Shown here piece by piece: positions 61,965 through 64,000 of a stretch of DNA of 64,000 nt (positions are counted from its first letter, which is position 1; each line of letters starts with the position of its first letter). Under the pieces are notes generated by a model. The model searched no databases. It was not told the origin of the DNA and worked only from the letters and a program-made list of their open reading frames with translations. A program made the translations under genes and the position numbers. The DNA is from Promethearchaeota archaeon. Its GTDB lineage: Archaea; Asgardarchaeota; Lokiarchaeia; Sigyniarchaeales; SOKP01. The DNA is taken from positions 32,001 to 96,000 of the forward strand of contig JBHLLU010000002.1 in NCBI GenBank assembly GCA_048938895.1, read 5' to 3'.

Positions 61965-62771
61965 TTACTTATCTTTACTAAGCTCTTTTTCAATGACTTC
62001 CATTAGTTCATTTTCACTATACTCCTTCTCAGATAGTCTCTTAAAACCTCTATTATAGAATTTTTTTAAGCGTTTTGGCATTATCCATGCGATAAATGCA
62101 CATATAGAATAAAAAATTGTAAATCCTAAAATTATATATGAATAAATAACATTTGGAAACTCATATAATCCTATTACATTGTAGGGAATGAAATAATATA
62201 TAAAAATACTTAAAGAATAAATAATAGAACTCAAGCCAATCAATTGATATCTCTTTTTAACCCAAGGCTCAATATTGATATATTTTAAGTAGTAGTAATA
62301 TTTCAATGCAATTATACCTAACCAGAGATGAGACAATAAAAACGATATTGTTATTGAAAAAAGAATAAAGAAGTAGTATACTAAGTTAGACTCTTCTAAA
62401 GAAGTAGTCATAGGTATTGAAATTTGAAAGATTAATCTAATGATGAAATCTATACTTCTGACTATGATCAAAATTAATAGAAAGATCTTAAAAGGACTCT
62501 TTTTATCTTTGAAAAATGTTAATTTAGTAAAAATCACGATTAGAATATTTGGAAATTGATTTAAGAATAAAGTTATTATAATTAGTGATGGAACTAAGGC
62601 ATAGAAAACCAATCTTAAACTAGTTATAAGGAAAAACAGGATTAAAGGGAGTAGATTATAAGTCTTTGTCTTTATCATTTTAATTAAAAGAAAAGTAGCT
62701 ACAAACAGTTGTAATACAATCCATACTAGCTGAAATGAGTAATTAATAATAACTACTGTCTGCAATAACAT
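61965..62771 (-). CDS. Seven-TM protein (paralogue of 55560-56333)
   Basis: FTKLTF, EPWVKKRY, AWIMPKRLK, EYSENELM; SD GGGGAGG. Confidence 0.8.
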   Translation of the reverse strand: MLLQTVVIINYSFQLVWIVLQLFVATFLLIKMIKTKTYNLLPLILFFLITSLRLVFYALVPSLIIITLFLNQFPNILIVIFTKLTFFKDKKSPFKIFLLILIIVRSIDFIIRLIFQISIPMTTSLEESNLVYYFFILFSITISFLLSHLWLGIIALKYYYYLKYINIEPWVKKRYQLIGLSSIIYSLSIFIYYFIPYNVIGLYEFPNVIYSYIILGFTIFYSICAFIAWIMPKRLKKFYNRGFKRLSEKEYSENELMEVIEKELSKDK

Positions 62772-62783
62772 AATAATCCTCCC

Positions 62784-63059
62784 CTATATCTTCTCCATTG
62801 TGATTAATGATTGATTTTCCAATATTTCTTTTAATAATATTTCTATAATTTGCTTAAATTTCTTAATATTCAGGTTCTCAAGTCTTCTTTTTAGAGAATT
62901 TTGAATAACTTTTTGATAATCCCTTAAATCCATCGTATTTAGTTTCTGAAACGGGGTAAGTTCTTCTTTAATTGCTAATTTAATAAGACCCCTTGAAGCC
63001 GCTTCCGATATACCAATTTCTTTTGATAATATTTCTCCTAGGTAATAGATTATCTGTAT
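62784..63059 (-). CDS. Helical hypothetical protein of about 91 aa missed by the ORF track (probable ATA start)
   Basis: Open frame IQIIYYLGEILSKEIGISEAASRGLIKLAIKEELTPF...NQSLITMEKI*. SD GAGGT lies 7 nt before ATA, and the stop abuts the SD of the 7TM gene. Confidence 0.7.
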   Translation of the reverse strand: MQIIYYLGEILSKEIGISEAASRGLIKLAIKEELTPFQKLNTMDLRDYQKVIQNSLKRRLENLNIKKFKQIIEILLKEILENQSLITMEKI

Positions 63060-63186
63060 ATTGCTAACCTCACTTCAAGATAGAAATTTAATTTTATTAG
63101 TGATGTGGGTATCTCTTAATATGTTTATTAATATCGGTTATTATATAATAAATTTTTTTTTGTTATAGCCTTATATTCGCTGTTTG

Positions 63187-63389
63187 ATGCACAGTCATTA
63201 TCATAAATTTGCACATGAGAATAAGATTTTCGATTATTTTATGCAAAATTCTAAAAAATTGATAAAAATTCGTTCTGTTAATAATAACAAAATTATAGAG
63301 GATCATCTTTTAATTTATTAATTTTTTTTAGTATTATAATCATTGGGTAATTGCACAAAATAGATTTAGAATCAGACCTTTTTGCACAA
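63187..63389. promoter_or_regulatory. Cluster of TGCACA boxes in a divergent promoter
   Basis: ATGCACAG 63187, TTGCACAT 63209, TTATGCAA 63239, TTGCACAA 63351, TTGCACAA 63382. Confidence 0.6.
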
Positions 63390-63427
63390 AACCCGAACAT
63401 AATATAAGTCTTAAATGATGATCATAA

Positions 63428-63700
63428 ATGGATTGTTATGATGAAATTTTGGAAATATATCAAAAAAATAATAAAAAAGATAGATTCATAACATATTTGA
63501 CATATCTAATAAACAAAAAATCAAAAGTTTTAACTGAATTACAATTTCAAAATTGCCTGATACTAATATTAGCAATTTGGAATCCTAAGTTCATTGATTT
63601 ATATGTTAGAGAAGGGGAAGACGCAAAGTCACTCCAACAGGAAAAGAAAGAAAAATTTATTAAAATTTTAAAATCTGAATTTAAAGATTTTAATAATTAA
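63428..63700 (+). CDS. Small hypothetical protein
   Basis: 90-aa ORF with ATG, preceded by a TATA-like TATATAA. Confidence 0.6.
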   Translation: MDCYDEILEIYQKNNKKDRFITYLTYLINKKSKVLTELQFQNCLILILAIWNPKFIDLYVREGEDAKSLQQEKKEKFIKILKSEFKDFNN

Positions 63701-63729
63701 ACAATAGAATAATAAAAAAAGGAATTAAA

Positions 63730-64000
63730 ATGACAGTTTCATCTCACAATAATATAATAAAGAATTCGGAAGGGATTTTTCAAACGCTAATTACTCATAT
63801 TAATTATATAATTATCGAGTTAGATTTAAATGGTAATATTATTTATATGAATGCTCAAGCAAATAATCTCTTAGGATACAATTCAGAAGAAATTTTAGGA
63901 GTAAATTGTTTTAAATTCATCCACCCCGAAGATCATTTAAAATTAATTAGTAAAATGAAATTTTTAATACAATATGGGGGTTCAATATCAGATGAATACA
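63730..64000 (+). CDS. PAS-domain protein (probably another kinase), truncated by the window end
   Basis: MTVSSH...IIELDLNGNIIYMN...LLGYNSEEILGVNCFKFIHPED, similar to the first PAS of 56472-58346. Confidence 0.85.
   Translation, partial: MTVSSHNNIIKNSEGIFQTLITHINYIIIELDLNGNIIYMNAQANNLLGYNSEEILGVNCFKFIHPEDHLKLISKMKFLIQYGGSISDEY

Noticed and set aside
52930-62771. 7TM proteins as rhodopsins
   Set aside because: No retinal-binding Lys or DxxxK motif in the middle of helix 7 in any of the four.
1-64000. CRISPR arrays, rRNA, transposases
   Set aside because: No regularly spaced repeats, no long GC-rich structural RNA and no transposase motifs seen.

Overview
AT-rich archaeal chromosomal segment, most consistent with an Asgard archaeon (Lokiarchaeia/Promethearchaeota). 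The basis is FwdA, HdrCBA and a Fae domain, an Arf-type GTPase, longin-like proteins, a Loki-CTERM-like tail and soluble multi-PAS kinases. It carries housekeeping and metabolic genes (hypF, hisF/hisH, two purF paralogues, mobA, fwdA, hdrCBA, redox enzymes), a SAMP/E1/TusA/DsrE/ThiI-like sulfur-relay cluster beside a tRNA-Cys, and a signalling island at about 52-64 kb. I saw no CRISPR array, rRNA or mobile element. Most notable observations: (1) The signalling island combines four stand-alone 7TM proteins, a uDENN/longin-like protein, an Arf-longin fusion GTPase, PAS kinases and an RHH-HisKA-REC regulator, and a TTGCACAA-like motif recurs in its promoters. (2) A tRNA-Cys(GCA) has a long, type II-like variable arm. 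(3) A DapA-like aldolase is fused to formaldehyde-activating enzyme, in an operon with an unknown probable TIM-barrel protein. (4) A Leu/Val-rich leader peptide with alternative RNA pairings resembles a bacterial attenuator. (5) Two genes apparently start at ATT/ATA. All calls come from motif reading by eye; no database searches were run.
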